Below, one piece after another: positions 1 to 14,029 of a stretch of 64,000 nucleotides of DNA. Origin of the DNA: the human T2T-CHM13v2.0 reference genome, Homo sapiens. Location: the NCBI RefSeq assembly GCF_009914755.1, contig NC_060931.1; one strand, written 5' to 3'. Both the position numbers and the translations under genes were made by a program. Positions within the stretch are counted from its first letter, which is position 1, and each line of letters starts with the position of its first letter. The notes beneath the pieces are model-generated. The model had not been told where the DNA came from and searched no databases. It was given only the letters and a program-made list of their open reading frames with translations.

Positions 1-267
1 TGTAGGTCTGATACTCAAGACAGGCAGTGGCTGCCACCTCTCTTTTCCCTTTTAAACTTCTGGTGAGTATATCTCATTGGCACAATCTGTATTGCATGTA
101 GAATTCTACCTGCAAGGGATTTGGGGATAAAAGTTTTTTTCTTTCCAAAAACTTTCATGCACAAAGAAAAAATTGGACTGAATACTGAATGCAGTAAACA
201 TTATCTGGCACAGTCTGTAAATGGAATTGTAAACTCCTTCAAGATTTTGAATTTTTTCCACTTTCAC

Positions 268-558
268 TTTTTTTTTTGAGACGGAGTCTCGCTCTGTCAC
301 CCAGGCTGGAGTGCAGTGACGCGATCTTGGCTTACTGCAACCTCTGCCTCCTGAGTTCAAGCGATTCTTCTGTCTCAGGATCCCAAGGAGCTGGTATTAC
401 AGGCACTGCCACCATGCCTGGCTAATTTATGTATTTTTAGTAGAGATGGGGTTTCTCCGTGTTGGCCAGGCTGGTCTCAAACTTTTGACCTCTGGTGATC
501 CAGCCGCCTCGGCCTCCCAAACTGCTAGGAATACAGGCGTAAGCCACTGCGCCTGGCC
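268..558 (-). mobile_element. Alu, AluS-type, full length
   Basis: Poly-T, then GAGACGGAGTCTCGCTCTGTCACCCAGGCTGG ... GCCTGGCC. TSD CCACTTTCACTTTT / CCACTCTCACTTTT. Confidence 0.97.
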
Positions 559-3500
559 CCACTCTCACTTTTGATTCACCTTTTAGGTGACTATAGAGAC
601 CAGAATGACCTTTATTTTCTCAGTCCTCAGCACTGAGAAAATATAATTATAATGTTCTCTGGTGTTATTTTCCTTTAGAAAGAGTGCATTTGGTTTTGTT
701 GGCTGTAGTGTACCGTCTACAGAAGCCTTAATCCAATTCAGCCAGAGCCTGAATATTTATATTTTAGCTATGGGTATCCCCAACAGCTACCCCTCTACGA
801 ATGCATTTTTTACGGAAACTCCAACCCGCTTTAAGATGGGGGATATTGTTAAGATTTTTATTGTCATAGTGGTCACTGGCTCTCTATCATGTTTCTTCAT
901 TTTTACTAATCCTGTTTAGCATTTATTGTATTACTTCAAACTTAAGATTCACAGTTTTTCAGTCATGTAAAACCAGCCACTTCCTCTTTGAACATTAGCT
1001 ATCCTCTGTGCATTTTCTCTTTCTCTAGAACTCTTATTTTATGTATATTTAACAATCTCGTTAGGTTCCATGTATTACTTAAAGCTAATATCTCATCTTC
1101 TGACTCATTGTGGTATTAAAACTCATGTGCTAGCCTGTAAGCTGATTACCTTTAGGGATGACAGGTGTTTTCTGCCCCACAGGCATTCAATTATTGCTTA
1201 GAATTGAATGAATATTCATTTATTTTAATAGTGCTGATATTATGTAGTGTAAGGAATTGCTAGATGCTGAAGTGGGAAGAGATCCAGTTTACCTAGATCT
1301 CCTTGTTACAGGAAATGGAAGTGTTGTTAGCCACTGTTCTGTTTGTTTAAATATGTCCCTCTTACATTATCTTCAAGTTGGTCCTATACTGATTCCTCAT
1401 TGTTGGATGAAGTTTTTTTTTAAATAATTTTTTTTAAAAAGTATACTAGAGCAGATAGAAGAAAGTGAGTTTATTCACAGGTATCTTAGATGTCTTTTCT
1501 ATACATTTTCTGCTTCCTCTAAGCAGTTTCTCTCTGATAATAGTTATGTCTGTGTTCTAGGTAAGTTGAACGTGCAAGTGGCCAGCAGCAAGGCCATGAA
1601 GTTGTTCCCCTTTCATGCAGTGATTTAACACATTTGTCTTTCCCCAGCTGACTAGTTTTATTAGCTATGGAGCTGATTGCCACCCACATTTTTCTCCCTC
1701 ACTTTCCCATACTGGCAGCCCGACAGCTTGCTTTTCTCCCAGAGGTATGACTACAAAATTCTTCATTTGGATTATACTTTCCTGAGGCCACATCAAAGAA
1801 GGCTGAACCATCCCCAGCAATGCCCAAACACAGTCCAACTTGCTTTTCCAACAAGATACGGAGGTTTTGCAATTTACTTTTATAGGCTGTGTACAGAGCT
1901 CTCATCCATCCTCAGTTTTCTCACTCCCAAAACCAGACCCAACTGTCATAGCCTTTGCCAGCCTCATGTCATCTTTGGCTCAGGAATACATTTTTTCCCC
2001 TAATTTTATGCTTTTATGGCTTTCTTATTACTGTCAGTTTATAACGCAAAAAAATAAGTACATTATTTTCTAAATTTTAACACAAACATCACTTTTATTG
2101 GTTTGGGAGTTTTTCCTCAAGCTCAGTCTTCCAGCTAATGTTTAGGCATGGCTAGATGAAAAATAATTCAGAAAGAAAATTGCATCTCCTTTGAGTTAAG
2201 TGGCTGAGCTTGGCCTCATCTAAACAAAAGAACTACCTTTGCTTTATAGTGGTCAAATTCATTCAGGCAAAGCTTGTGAAAATACTTAAAGTTATTTCAC
2301 CTGATAAACATTTAATGTCCTCTTGTGAGTTCATGCTAGGAGTAGGCATCTATTTGAGAACCTGCAGCTTCATGATTTTAGCCATTTTCATATCTCTCTG
2401 TCACAGATATGACTAATGGTTGGCAGATTTCAGCAGCTGCATAAAATACATAAAATATGGAATCTGGGTTTGGGAATCAGTTCCTGGAGAAACTCAAGCT
2501 GTAGGAATAGTGAACTATTCTGACGAGCAATCCTTAGTGAAGAACAAAGGTGTCATCAATTCTAGTGGATATAATCTGGCTTTGGTGGGTAGACAAGGGC
2601 TTTCCAGTCCTGAGCCAGCAATCCAGAAACTCACACTCCAGATGGAATTGCACTTCTTGCTGGCAACACCTGTTACAGAGGACGATGTTTTGCAGTGAAA
2701 CAACCAGTTGTTTGGAGATTTCTATTTGGGATATCGTCCTGATATCTCTTTGAGATGCTGCTTTTAGAACTGCACACAGCATGATCCAGCCTCCCATTTA
2801 AGGGCCAGAGCAACCATGACAGCAGGATAAAGCAAATGGGCTGGAGTCCTAAGGGGAGGAGTGCCACAGAGGTGGTCTGACAGCCTTTCAGTCTGGGACA
2901 GAACAGTCCTTCCTTCCTCTCTGTGAGCAGTCCAGTCCTGGGCTCTAGCAGTGGTGATCGAATACGTCCTGCTGATCTGAGTGTGTCACACACACACACA
3001 CTCACACCACTATACCCACAGAGCTGCTGGGGACCTAAGGAAAAAGTGACATTACGTAAGTTTTATTTGCAATTGGTTCAAAACTTTTTTGCATATGAGT
3101 CTAGACATACAGAAATATGTTTCCATTATTATCAAAGTGAGCTTCGTATAATGTAGGCATAAGAAAACCTAAAAATCCCTGACTATAAAAGTAATCATGA
3201 AAAAAACAGCAGCCTCAGGGGATTCACTTCTCTCCACTTTCTTTACCGATTAGTTATTCAGGAAAAGTTTGGAAGCATCACCTTTGAGAAGAATTCTCTC
3301 TGGGGAAGAGGAAGAATTGTTTGGCCATGAAGACGGAGAATAAAAAGCGGGTGTGTGATTGATGGGCTCAAATCTCAAGGCTGCAGAGAGAAAGCCTCTT
3401 TTCGCACCTGTCCTCAGCTGAAATAGTTTTACCTGCTGAATTTTGGCACTTGCTAGGAGATCTTCTAACTCAAGGGGAGATTTCAAAAAGAAGTTATAAA

Positions 3501-3699
3501 CTCTAAAATGAACTTAAGGAACAGCAGAAAGGAATAGGTACTGTTATAAAGAGTTTAAATTCAGAAAATAAAATCCTAGAAATTAATCTCAGAAGACGTT
3601 GCCTCCTGGACCAGAATTACCATTTATTTAAAATGGAAATCGTTCTTTATTTTTTCACAAAAAATAATATGTGAAATATGATATAAATATTGAAGTAAT

Positions 3700-4770
3700 A
3701 TTTATATTGCATTTTCTTCTGCTCCCTTCCCTAATCCCTTAAAATCACTGATCTGTACTCTATCTCTTTATAATTGTCATATTGAGAATATCTTATATGT
3801 TGAATTACATAGTAGCATAGTAGGTCATCTTTTGATGTTGGCTTTTCTCACCCAAAATAATGCCCTGGAGAGCCATAAAAGTTGTTGTGTATATCAATAG
3901 TTTGTTTTCCTGCTATTGAGTGGCATTTTGTTAAATGAAGGTGCCACAATTTGTTTACCCATTCAGCTGTTAAAACATAATTCAGATTATTTCCAATTTT
4001 TGACTATTCCAAGTGAATAGGATATAAACATTTGTATACAGATTTTAAAGTAAATATAAGTTTTTATATCTCTAAGATAAATACCCAGGAGTGTGATCGC
4101 TGTGTCATTGGTAAGTTTAGCTTAATTTTGTTTTATTAAAAACCACCAAACTATTTCCTAATGTGTTTGTATCATTTTACATTTCTGTCAACAATGCATA
4201 AGAGGTCTGATTTCTCTGTAGTCTCCTTAGGATTTGGTACTCTTAGTTGTTTTTATTTTGTTTTGTTTTGTCATTCTAATAAGTGTACGGTGCTACCTGG
4301 TCATGATTCTAGTGCATTTCCCTAATGGCTAAAAATGTTAAACATTTTTTCATGTGCTCATTTGCTACCTATATATTTTCCTTGTTGTATTGTCACTTTG
4401 GTTTTTTTGGCAATTTTTTAATTGGACTCTTTGTTTTCACTTTTGAGTTTAAAGTGGTCTTCATATTTACAGGAGTCCCTTATCTTATATGTGATATTCA
4501 AATAATCTATCCTAGTTTGAGACTTGCCTTTTCATTTTCATAATAGGATGTCTCAGAGAGCAAAAGTTTTACATTTTAATGCAGTCCAGTTTCTTATTTT
4601 CCTTTTAGGGGTTATGATATTTGGGTCATGTCTAGGAACTCTTCATCTACATTTAGGCCACAGATTTTTTTATATGCTCACTTGTAAAGATTTCACAGAT
4701 TTTCATTGTAAGTGTATTCTTATCATCCATTTTTATTCATTTTTTAATGGTTCTCTTCACAGGTGATTTT
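3700..4770 (-). mobile_element. Old L1M, 3' end/ORF2 C-terminal region; resumes at ~6560-6799 and 7157-7185
   Basis: Diverged antisense L1 motifs (TGCATTTCCCTAATGGCTAA, TTTTTCATGTGCTCATTTGC, TTCTGTTCCATTCATCTA). Confidence 0.85.
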
Positions 4771-4802
4771 TCTTTTTTATTTTTATGTGGTTTGCATTAT
4801 AT

Positions 4803-4937
4803 TTCTTTTTAAATTTTAATTTTAGGGTTGGGGGTGCATATGAAGGTTTGTTACATAGATAAACACATGTCACAGAGATTTGTTGTCCATTTTATTAGAT
4901 CACCCAGGTATTAACTCAGTACCCAATGGTTATCTTT
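4803..4937 (-). mobile_element. Short L1PB-type 3' terminal fragment
   Basis: GGGGGTGCATATGAAGGTTTGTTACATAGATAAAC...CACCCAGGTATTAACTCAGTACCCAATGGTTA matches the antisense L1PA/PB 3' tip. Confidence 0.85.
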
Positions 4938-4954
4938 AAAAATTATATAGTCTG

Positions 4955-6545
4955 GTTTATTTATTTATTTTTATGTTTTATTTTTAATCAAGTAATTTTT
5001 TTAAACCTCAACATATCCATAATTGACAGAATAAGACATTAGGCATGAAATGAGAATATAAAACCCAGAGTGTACAGAAAGGCAAACAGTGCTTCAGTCC
5101 CTCCAGATGACTGTGCGCGAGTGAAATGCATTCCAAACAGCTACCCCTTTCTTGTCTTTTAAAAACATACAGTTCAAGTGTTTTTATTTTCACTTGTAAA
5201 CAACATGAGTCAAAATGGACAATGAGGTAATCTAAATACTACACAGGATAATCTAAAAACACTAGATAAAACACCATTATTAAAGACATATAAAAATCAG
5301 GGTTCACTTTGGTCTCTAGTATGGTTAGAGTTGTTAATACCAAAAAGCAACACATACTAATTGAAGCTAGCTTGGTGGTAGGTGCCAGTGGTTGATAGAT
5401 GTGATTCAAGAGGTAGTCAACACCATCATTTTCAAGCTGGTAACTCTCACAAGTGTTAAGCCACAGATGCATTAAATATCATAATACTTTCTCACAGTGC
5501 AGTACTTTACCATAACTTGCAGCTTTGTTCCAAATATAAAATTTAAAAATGAATCATAGGTCAACTTCTCACTCTAACTGAACAATTATGACACAGATCA
5601 TACAACCACCACATCTTAAAGAGGCTGTTGACAGCTATGTAAGACAGAGTTTGATGCTTTTAACAAGATGTTCTTCTCTAAAACAAATAAATCTCATTAA
5701 GACATCTAGAAAATTAAAGTCAGTGCAGCTGCACTTGTACATACTTTCCCAAATTTTATAACCAAAGGGGAAATACACATATACATTTTATGATAAACTT
5801 TTCTTAGAGAAAACAGATTAATTTAAATTAACTTTAAGACTTAATGAGATTTCCCATGTCCTGTATAATTCATCTTATAGTGAATGTTACGAAGTCTATT
5901 AACACTTATGGGCTCCTATTCACAAACTAAATACAACCAGCAGTAACTTGGGGCTGCACTGGTGCAAAATAAAACTGAGCCAGAATAAAAAAAAAGGATC
6001 GGCAATATCGGAGGTGGACTGATGCTGATAACATGACATTTCTTGATCTTTTTTCTTACATTGCACGCTAAACTTCCAAGTTATAAGCAGGTAAAAATCT
6101 TTCTAAATCTTTCAACTGCAAAAATATATCCAAGGTCTTCTAGTGAAGACTAGAAATCCAAGTATAAACATGTTTTCATTATAGTCTGCCATGTAGCAAA
6201 TGATTAGCTTACAAGGCTAAGAGACTGGCAATGCATCTTGTTTAGGAATTACATTTGTGTTGACATGAGGGTGAGGTCAAGAGATAACTTAATTCACAGA
6301 CCTGCTGCCCCACCATTAGTAATCCCTGCAAAGTGATGCTTCACACAGACCCTTTTCCCTCAATAGCTAGTAATGGCATGGCATGTTCATTCCTTGGCAA
6401 GCCAGTGCTAGTTAGTTATGTGCCTGGGGCTATAATGCTGTAACACACTTGGCTTCAGGGCGGCACAGACAGTAAATGAAGGACATTAGCATCTTTTAAA
6501 CCCTTTGCCTAGCACGAATACCTGCATACAACAACCCCTCTCCCT
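4955..6545 (-). pseudogene. Probable processed retrocopy of an mRNA 3'UTR (parent gene not identified)
   Basis: About 1.6 kb of non-repeat-looking sequence splits an L1M. The minus strand ends ...TTGATTAAAAATAAAACATAAAAAATAAATAAATAAA (poly(A) signal plus decayed tail). No ORF. Confidence 0.6.
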
Positions 6546-6799
6546 ATTTATGTGTTTACTTTTCCTACTGCTATTCAATTGCTGCAATGAATTGCTATTG
6601 AAACTTTCTCTAAATTACTTGGCCATACTTCTTTGGATCTATTTCAAAACTTTCCATTCTGTTCCATTCATCTACATGTCCAGCCGTCTGCCGGTATCAC
6701 GCTGACTTAATTACTATAGCTATGCAGTAAGTTTTGAAGTTGGGTACTGTGATTTTTTTCAAACTTAATTTTCATTTTTTCAAGATTGTGCTTGCTAAT

Positions 6800-7156
6800 T
6801 GTCTTAGTCTGTTTTATGCTGCTGTAACAGAATACCATAAACAGGGAAATTTATAGTAAACAAAAATGTATTTGCTCAGAACTCTGGAGTCTGCGAAGTT
6901 CAAGGTTGAGAGACTGGCATCTGGTGAGGGTCTTCTTGCTGCATCATCGCATGGCAGAAGGGCAAGAAAGTGTGAGAGAAAGAAAGAGATTGAACTCACA
7001 GCCTCAAGCCCTTCTATAATTGGCATTAATATATTCATACAGGGCAGAGCGTTCATGACCTAAACACCTCCCATTAGGCCTCACCTCCCAACACTGTTGC
7101 ATTGGGGATTAAATTTCCAAAATATGCTTTTTGGGAAACGAATTTGAACCATAGCA
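6800..7156 (-). mobile_element. MaLR solo LTR (MSTD/MLT1A-like)
   Basis: TGTCTTAGTC...GGCATCTGGTGAGGG...AACCATAGCA. 5-bp TSD CTAAT/CTAAC. Confidence 0.92.
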
Positions 7157-7187
7157 CTAACCTAGATACTTTGCCTTTTCATATTCA

Positions 7188-8245
7188 GTATCATTAGTCA
7201 TTAGGAAAATGTAAATTAAAACCAAATGAGACCAGTACACACATACTAGAATGGCTGCAATCAGACAGATCAGCAATACTAAGAATTGATAATTACGTGG
7301 AGAAACTTGAACTCTCCTACATTGCTGGCAGTAATGTATATGTTATTTCCACTATAGCAAACTATTTGGCAGATTTTTTAAGTTAAATATAATATATGAC
7401 CCAGTAATTCCACTTCTATTTATTTATCCATGAAAAAAATGGAATCTGAACAATCTTTTTTTTTTTTTGGGGGGACAGAGTCTTGCTCTGTCACCCAGGC
7501 TGGAGTGAGGTGGCACGATCTTGGTTCACTGCAAGCTCTGCCTCCCGTGTTCACGCCATTCTCCTGCCTCAGCCTCCTGAGTAGCTGTGACTACAGGTGC
7601 CTGCCACCACGCCCAGCTAATTTTTTTGTATTTTTAGTAGAGACGGGGTTTCACCATGTTAGCCAGGATGGTCTGGATCTCCTGACCTTGTGATCCACCC
7701 ACCTTGGCCTCCCAAAGTGCTGGGATTACAGGCGTGAGCCACCACGCCCACCCTACACAATCTTTTTTTGTGAATGTTCATGGCACTCAACATGTAGAAA
7801 CAATCCAAATATCCATCACCTAGTGAGGAGATAAACAAATGTGGCATATGCACACAACGTATTGCTGTTCAACAATAGAAGAGTTGTTGTTACTGATACC
7901 TAACACAACATGGATGAACCTCAGAAACAGTGTGCCAAGTGAGAGAAGCCAAACACAAAAGGCCACATATTGTGTAATTCCATTTACAGAAAAGTGTCCA
8001 GGAAAAGACAAATCTACAAGATAAAAAATTTGGTTAATGGTTGTCTGAGTTCAGGTGTGGGTATAGATATATACTGAAAATAAAAGGGAAAGGGAACTTG
8101 GAGGAAAAATAGAACTTTTCTAAAACAGAATTATGGAAATGGTTGCACAACTATTGTATGAATTTACAAGTCATCAACCTGTCCACTTACAGTGGTTGAA
8201 TCTTAATAGTATGTAAGTGATACCTCAATAAACCTCTAATAAAAA
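7188..8245 (+). mobile_element. Old L1M 3' end, interrupted by AluY
   Basis: ATATGACCCAGTAATTCCAC, ACATGGATGAACCTCAGAAAC, terminal TACCTCAATAAA. Confidence 0.88.
7456..7753 (-). mobile_element. AluY
   Basis: AluY diagnostics GCAAGCTC and CACGCCATTCTCC. TSD ACAATCTTTTTTTT on both sides. Confidence 0.95.
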
Positions 8246-8837
8246 TGCATCATCAATACCCTAAGCAAATAACCACAATTAAATTTATTTTCTCAGTTCA
8301 CTGAGTTCTATGCAATTAATTGTTGTTTTGGTGAATGTGGAGTCAGCAGTCTTCTTTCATGAAGTACCTCTGTCACTAACTGGAAATCTAAACTAGTACA
8401 TTCTGAAAAATTTCTAAGCAAATTAAGTTTAGACTTCTTTTCCCTCTGGTCTGTTCCTTGAAGTATCAATAGTTTAAGTCCCTGCAACAGCTGTTTCCAT
8501 AGGGTCCTAAGCTGGCTTTTGTTTAAATCACAAATTCCAGCTTGCAGCACATAGTAGAGTCTTGGGGCAAGCATAAGAGGGAAACACAAACCTGTTTAGT
8601 AAGACTAAATAACTCTTGTCAGTTTATTATATTAATCGATAATATAACAGAAGAGAGTAAAACTATGTATGAAGTATAGTACATACGATATAGAATGATT
8701 TCACAAGGGTTTGATTAATGTTTCTGCTATAATAAGGCAGTTTTCTGAAAAGTAAGGGAACTGACAAATCCCTAGGGCCTTTATATAAAGTGCACAATCT
8801 TTTAAACAGCTAAGTAACTAAACAAACTTTGCAACTG

Positions 8838-8930
8838 TTTTTTTTTTTTTTTTTTTTTTTCTTTTTGAGACGGAGTCTTGCTCTGTTGCCCAGGCTGGAG
8901 TGCAGTGGCGTGATCTTGGCTCACTGCAAC
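8838..8930 (-). mobile_element. Severely 5'-truncated Alu (~65 bp plus tail)
   Basis: Long T tract, then GAGACGGAGTCTTGCTCTGTTGCCCAGG...CACTGCAAC. TSD TGCAACTGTTTTT at 8830 and 8925. Confidence 0.95.
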
Positions 8931-9454
8931 TGTTTTTAAGACATTTGCTAGTATATTTTCAGACTCATATATTAAAAAACTATGCAAACAAAATTCATTT
9001 TCCTCAAACTTGCTGAACTTTCTCAAGCTGTCTTTCTCTACTGTTTTTTATATTCTGGAAAAAAATACCACTATTTTAGACAAACCTAAACATCCCCTTG
9101 TTTTTATTAAAAAACAAAAGCCTATTGATAATATTGGGTACAAAATTGTATTTCTCTGTCACAATTACTCTAGTTATCACCTATGAGCACACAATGTACA
9201 AACATGTAATTTGTGGCAATAACAGCATAAAGAAGGGTGGAAATGTATAGGAACAGTTTTCCATACTATTAAAACTAAGTTAATATTAATTGAAACTGGA
9301 TTGTTATAAATTTAAGATGTTAATTGTAATCCCAAAGTAAACACCTATAAAATAAGTTTTTAAAAATACAGTAAAGGTAGTAAGAAGGGATTCAAAATGG
9401 TACACTTGAAAAAATTGTTGAACACAAAATAAGCAGTAAACAACTGAGAAACAA

Positions 9455-9529
9455 ATATATACATACACATATATATACTATATGTATACACTATATATAT
9501 ACACACACTATATATACATATATATTTGC

Positions 9530-9570
<41 letters not shown>
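9455..9570. repeat. (TA)n / (TACA) microsatellite
   Basis: Visible TA run with interspersed CA. Confidence 0.95.
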
Positions 9571-9575
<5 letters not shown>

Positions 9576-9753
9576 AATAGCAAAATTGCAGAAGGATGTC
9601 CCCCCTACCAATAATTAGATTAAATGTAATTTTAAGTCCCAAAGTAAAAGGCAAAGATGGGCAGAATGGATGGACAAATAGTACCCAACTTTGTACTGTC
9701 TGCAAGTCTGCAAGAAATTCCACAGATACAAGTAGATTGAAAGGAAGGGATAA

Positions 9754-10158
9754 TATCTTAGTCCACTTTCCACTGCTATAACAGAATGCCACAGATTGGA
9801 TAATTTGTGAAGAAAAGAGATTTATTTGGCTCATGGTTCTGGAGGCTTGGAAGACCATGATCAAAGGGTTGCATCTGGTGAGGGCTATCTTGCTGCATCA
9901 TAACAGGGTAGAAGGGAATAATATGGTGAGGAAGTGATCACATGAGACAGAGAAAACTGGGCCAAACTCATCCTTTTTTAGTAGAAACCTACTTCCATGA
10001 TAACTAATTCACACCCACAATAACAACCTTAATTCATTCATGAGGCTGGTGTCCTCATTACCTAATTACCTCATAAAGGGCCCACCTCTCAACACTATTA
10101 CATTGAAGATTAGGTTTCCAATACACAATTTTCTGGGAGACACACTTAAACCATAGCA
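9754..10158 (-). mobile_element. MaLR solo LTR (MST-type) inside L1M
   Basis: TATCTTAGTCCAC...GCATCTGGTGAGGG...AAACCATAGCA. TSD GATAA/GATAG. Confidence 0.92.
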
Positions 10159-11052
10159 GATAGAAAAGTATATTCTATGCAAATAATAATCAAAAGAGAC
10201 ATGGAATGATTAATATCAGAAAAATATACACTTTATGTCAAAAATTGTTATGAGACAAAGAAAGACATTGAATATGAATAAAAATGGCCAATTCATTGAG
10301 AAAAGATGGTAATTATAAACACCATTGCATCTAACAACAGACTCTAAAATATATGAAGCAAAAATTGACAGATTTGAAGGCTAAAATAGGCAGCCCTACA
10401 ATAATAGCAGGACATTTTAATATCCTGCTTTCGATAGTGGATATAACATCTAGAAATAAATCAGTAAAGTAATAGAGAACTTGAACAATACTATAAACCA
10501 ATGAGCCCTAACATATAGGAGCCAACAGGAGTAGAGTACACATTTTCTCAAGCGCATACCTCAGACTTTTCAAAGTTGATATTTTTATCTAAAAGATCCT
10601 CTATGAGCTGAATATTACACCATTTAAATAAAAGAAAAAGAAGCCACTCTTAGTGCTGTTTCTTGTTCTGCCATGCCATCTCCTACTGAATATGGGAACT
10701 GGAAATACTGGACAACCTTCAGTTCTCAGAAAATTGTGGAAGTCATTTGGGGTGAATGCCACTTTTTATACTGGGATTTTGGCTAAATTCCATTGTGAGG
10801 CAGCTGGCCTGATCCTTAGATATGTGCTTGCTTATATCTGCAAATGGAATAAATGTTTTGTGCTAATTCCGGGTCATATCATTTATGGGCTGCTGAAGAC
10901 TACAATTATGTTAAGTGGTATGACCAAATTTCCTCGGACCATAGATCATTTTTTTTGTTGTTGACTAAATATCTGCCTGAGAACTTGTATTTTAATCTCC
11001 TAGAAGATGACTACATAATACATAAAATTTATTCAGGATATACTTGGACAGT

Positions 11053-11916
<864 letters not shown>

Positions 11917-13519
11917 GGTACATGGATATAGGGCTCTTTCGGCAGATGATCAACCGCCATCCGTATGACGGCTTGGGGCCTGTAGGAAGTTTAGATATAA
12001 ACATCATGATGAATCTTAGGTTCTGCTATCAAAGCCCATTCCTCCGCTCTTGCTGAAAAATTTGCCCTCCATGATTTGGTTCAGAGGTAACTTGTGCAGT
12101 GGTCTCTAACACCCAAGCAGACTTTAGTGAAGGAAGAAATGATCAAGACACATATGTTTCATCAATTGCTTCCTCAAAATTTTGTGTTTTCTTTCCTACA
12201 CTTCCTAAGGTCAAAAGGGGAGATTTTTTACAACCTGCTTTTCCTATATGAGAGGAAAATTTTACTAAGTCCTACCTTACCACTTCCTTGAATGGTTCTG
12301 CCCTTCTTTCTTCTCTGAAACTTATTATTAAATAGAGAGCAAGAAAGAAATAGCTTACCAGTAAGAGAACATTTGTAAATGCTATCATCTGCCCTTCAGT
12401 ATTCATTTTTGCTTCATTATCTCCTACACTGGAGTTCTTGATGGTAACTGCTTTATCTTACAAAATCCTAGTAGTTTAGTTGTACTTTCCAGCATGAGTT
12501 GATCTTTCTAAACTTGCCCTCTTGGTCTTCTGAATTTCTATATCCAAAGATGTCTATGATTTGCCTTGATATTATACCAGGAAAGAATATGGGCTGTGTT
12601 GTCTCACAAACAAGATTTCAAAAGCTACCCCTGCACCATTTAGAAGCTGTATGACATCAAACAAGTTATTTAAATCTCTACCCCTTGGCTCCTCTGCTGT
12701 GAAATTGTTTGTAAATCTACATGTTATTTCAGTTTTAAGTGCTTAAAATCTTGTGTATTTTCCTAAGTTGTAGTGAAAAAATCAAGAGGAAACTCATGGC
12801 CCTTTAACAAATGCCATTTGAGACTAGAATACATCAGAGTGACTCTGAACATGATTGGTCCATTGATTGAGTTCAGAGGCTTTTAAATGACAGGCTATTT
12901 AATTCACTTGTATATATATCTCAACCCTTCCTCTGGACGGAACCTTCTCAACAATCCCATTGTGGTTTTCCTTTGTATTAATTACTCTATCTCACAAAGA
13001 GGTAGTACTGTTCAGCCAGTGGCAGCAGGGATCCATCATCGAAGGAGCAGGTTCATAATGACACTCTGGGGAATGTTCTATTGTTCAGGTCATCTAAGAG
13101 CATCCATTAGTAGCAATTTTCAGCCAGGATAAGACTAAACATTAATCCAAAATACCTCTTCTTGTCTTTCTGAGAACTGCACTACTCTTTTTTCACATAA
13201 TAGCCTTAGTGTGTAATTATCAGCATTACACAATAACAGAGAACAGGAAGTTACCAAGGCAACAAACCAAACAACCCAAAAGTCCTAAGAGAAAAAATCT
13301 TAGGGTTGCTTTCCTGGCCGTCACTTTTAGTCTCTTCTTAGTTCACACTTACATCTAAACAGTTTTCCTACCAGTGATAATAAAAGCTCATTTGTCACGC
13401 CTATGTTATCTGTTGTCTTCAAATCTTTTCTTCTAGTTATCTCTAACTTTAAGTCTTTCTCCTGATCAATGGGACTTAAACACTTCGTTTCAAGAGTGAA
13501 GATGAAAATTATAATTTAG

Positions 13520-13730
13520 TGATCATCAATCATGTGTCAAACATCATGCTATGATTATTCATATACTTACACTTTATAATAATTATCTATAGTAGGAATA
13601 CTCATCCTTATTTTACAGGTGAAAAAAGAGAGGTTCAGAGAGATTAAAAACTTGTCTAAGGTTACTCAACACAGTTGGGATATAAATCCAAGTTTCTCTG
13701 ATTCCAGGGCCCAAATTGTCCACAAAACTG
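13520..13730 (-). mobile_element. MIR
   Basis: TTTTACAGGTGAAAAAAGAGAGGTTCAGAGAGATTAAAAACTTGTCTAAGGTTAC core. Confidence 0.88.
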
Positions 13731-14029
13731 TTTATACCTAAACAGACTAAAACCCAAACAAAACACAACATTATGCTAGCTTGTGCCCACTCATTCCTCA
13801 ATACCAGGACTGGGAATTTTCTTAAAACTTATTTTGCTTAAATATTAGAACATTTTATTTTTTATAACCTATATTAAATAGATGTTTGGATTAGGCATTT
13901 ACAGTAAAAGTACCTAATATGCAAGATGATATGTAGTAAAAAATAAGTTGACTTCCCTCTCCTACCTCTCCTAATTACTACCACCCATTTCTCCTAGGAG
14001 AGGCAACCTGTATTTTTCCAAGCAATAAA

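Larger units (their letters stand above)
9150..10560 (+). mobile_element. Old L1M inter-ORF/ORF2 endonuclease region
   Basis: TTAAATGTAA, CATCTAACAACAGACTCTAAAATATATGAAGCAAAAATTGACAG and GAACTTGAACAATACTATAAACCAA are typical of L1M ORF2. Confidence 0.85.

Noticed and set aside
2420-3005. Overlapping 60-110 aa ORFs as coding exons
   Set aside because: No recognisable homology and no convincing splice-bounded frame.
12005-12058. Box C (ATGATGA) ... box D (CTGA) snoRNA-like pair
   Set aside because: Only ~50 nt apart with no terminal stem; expected by chance.
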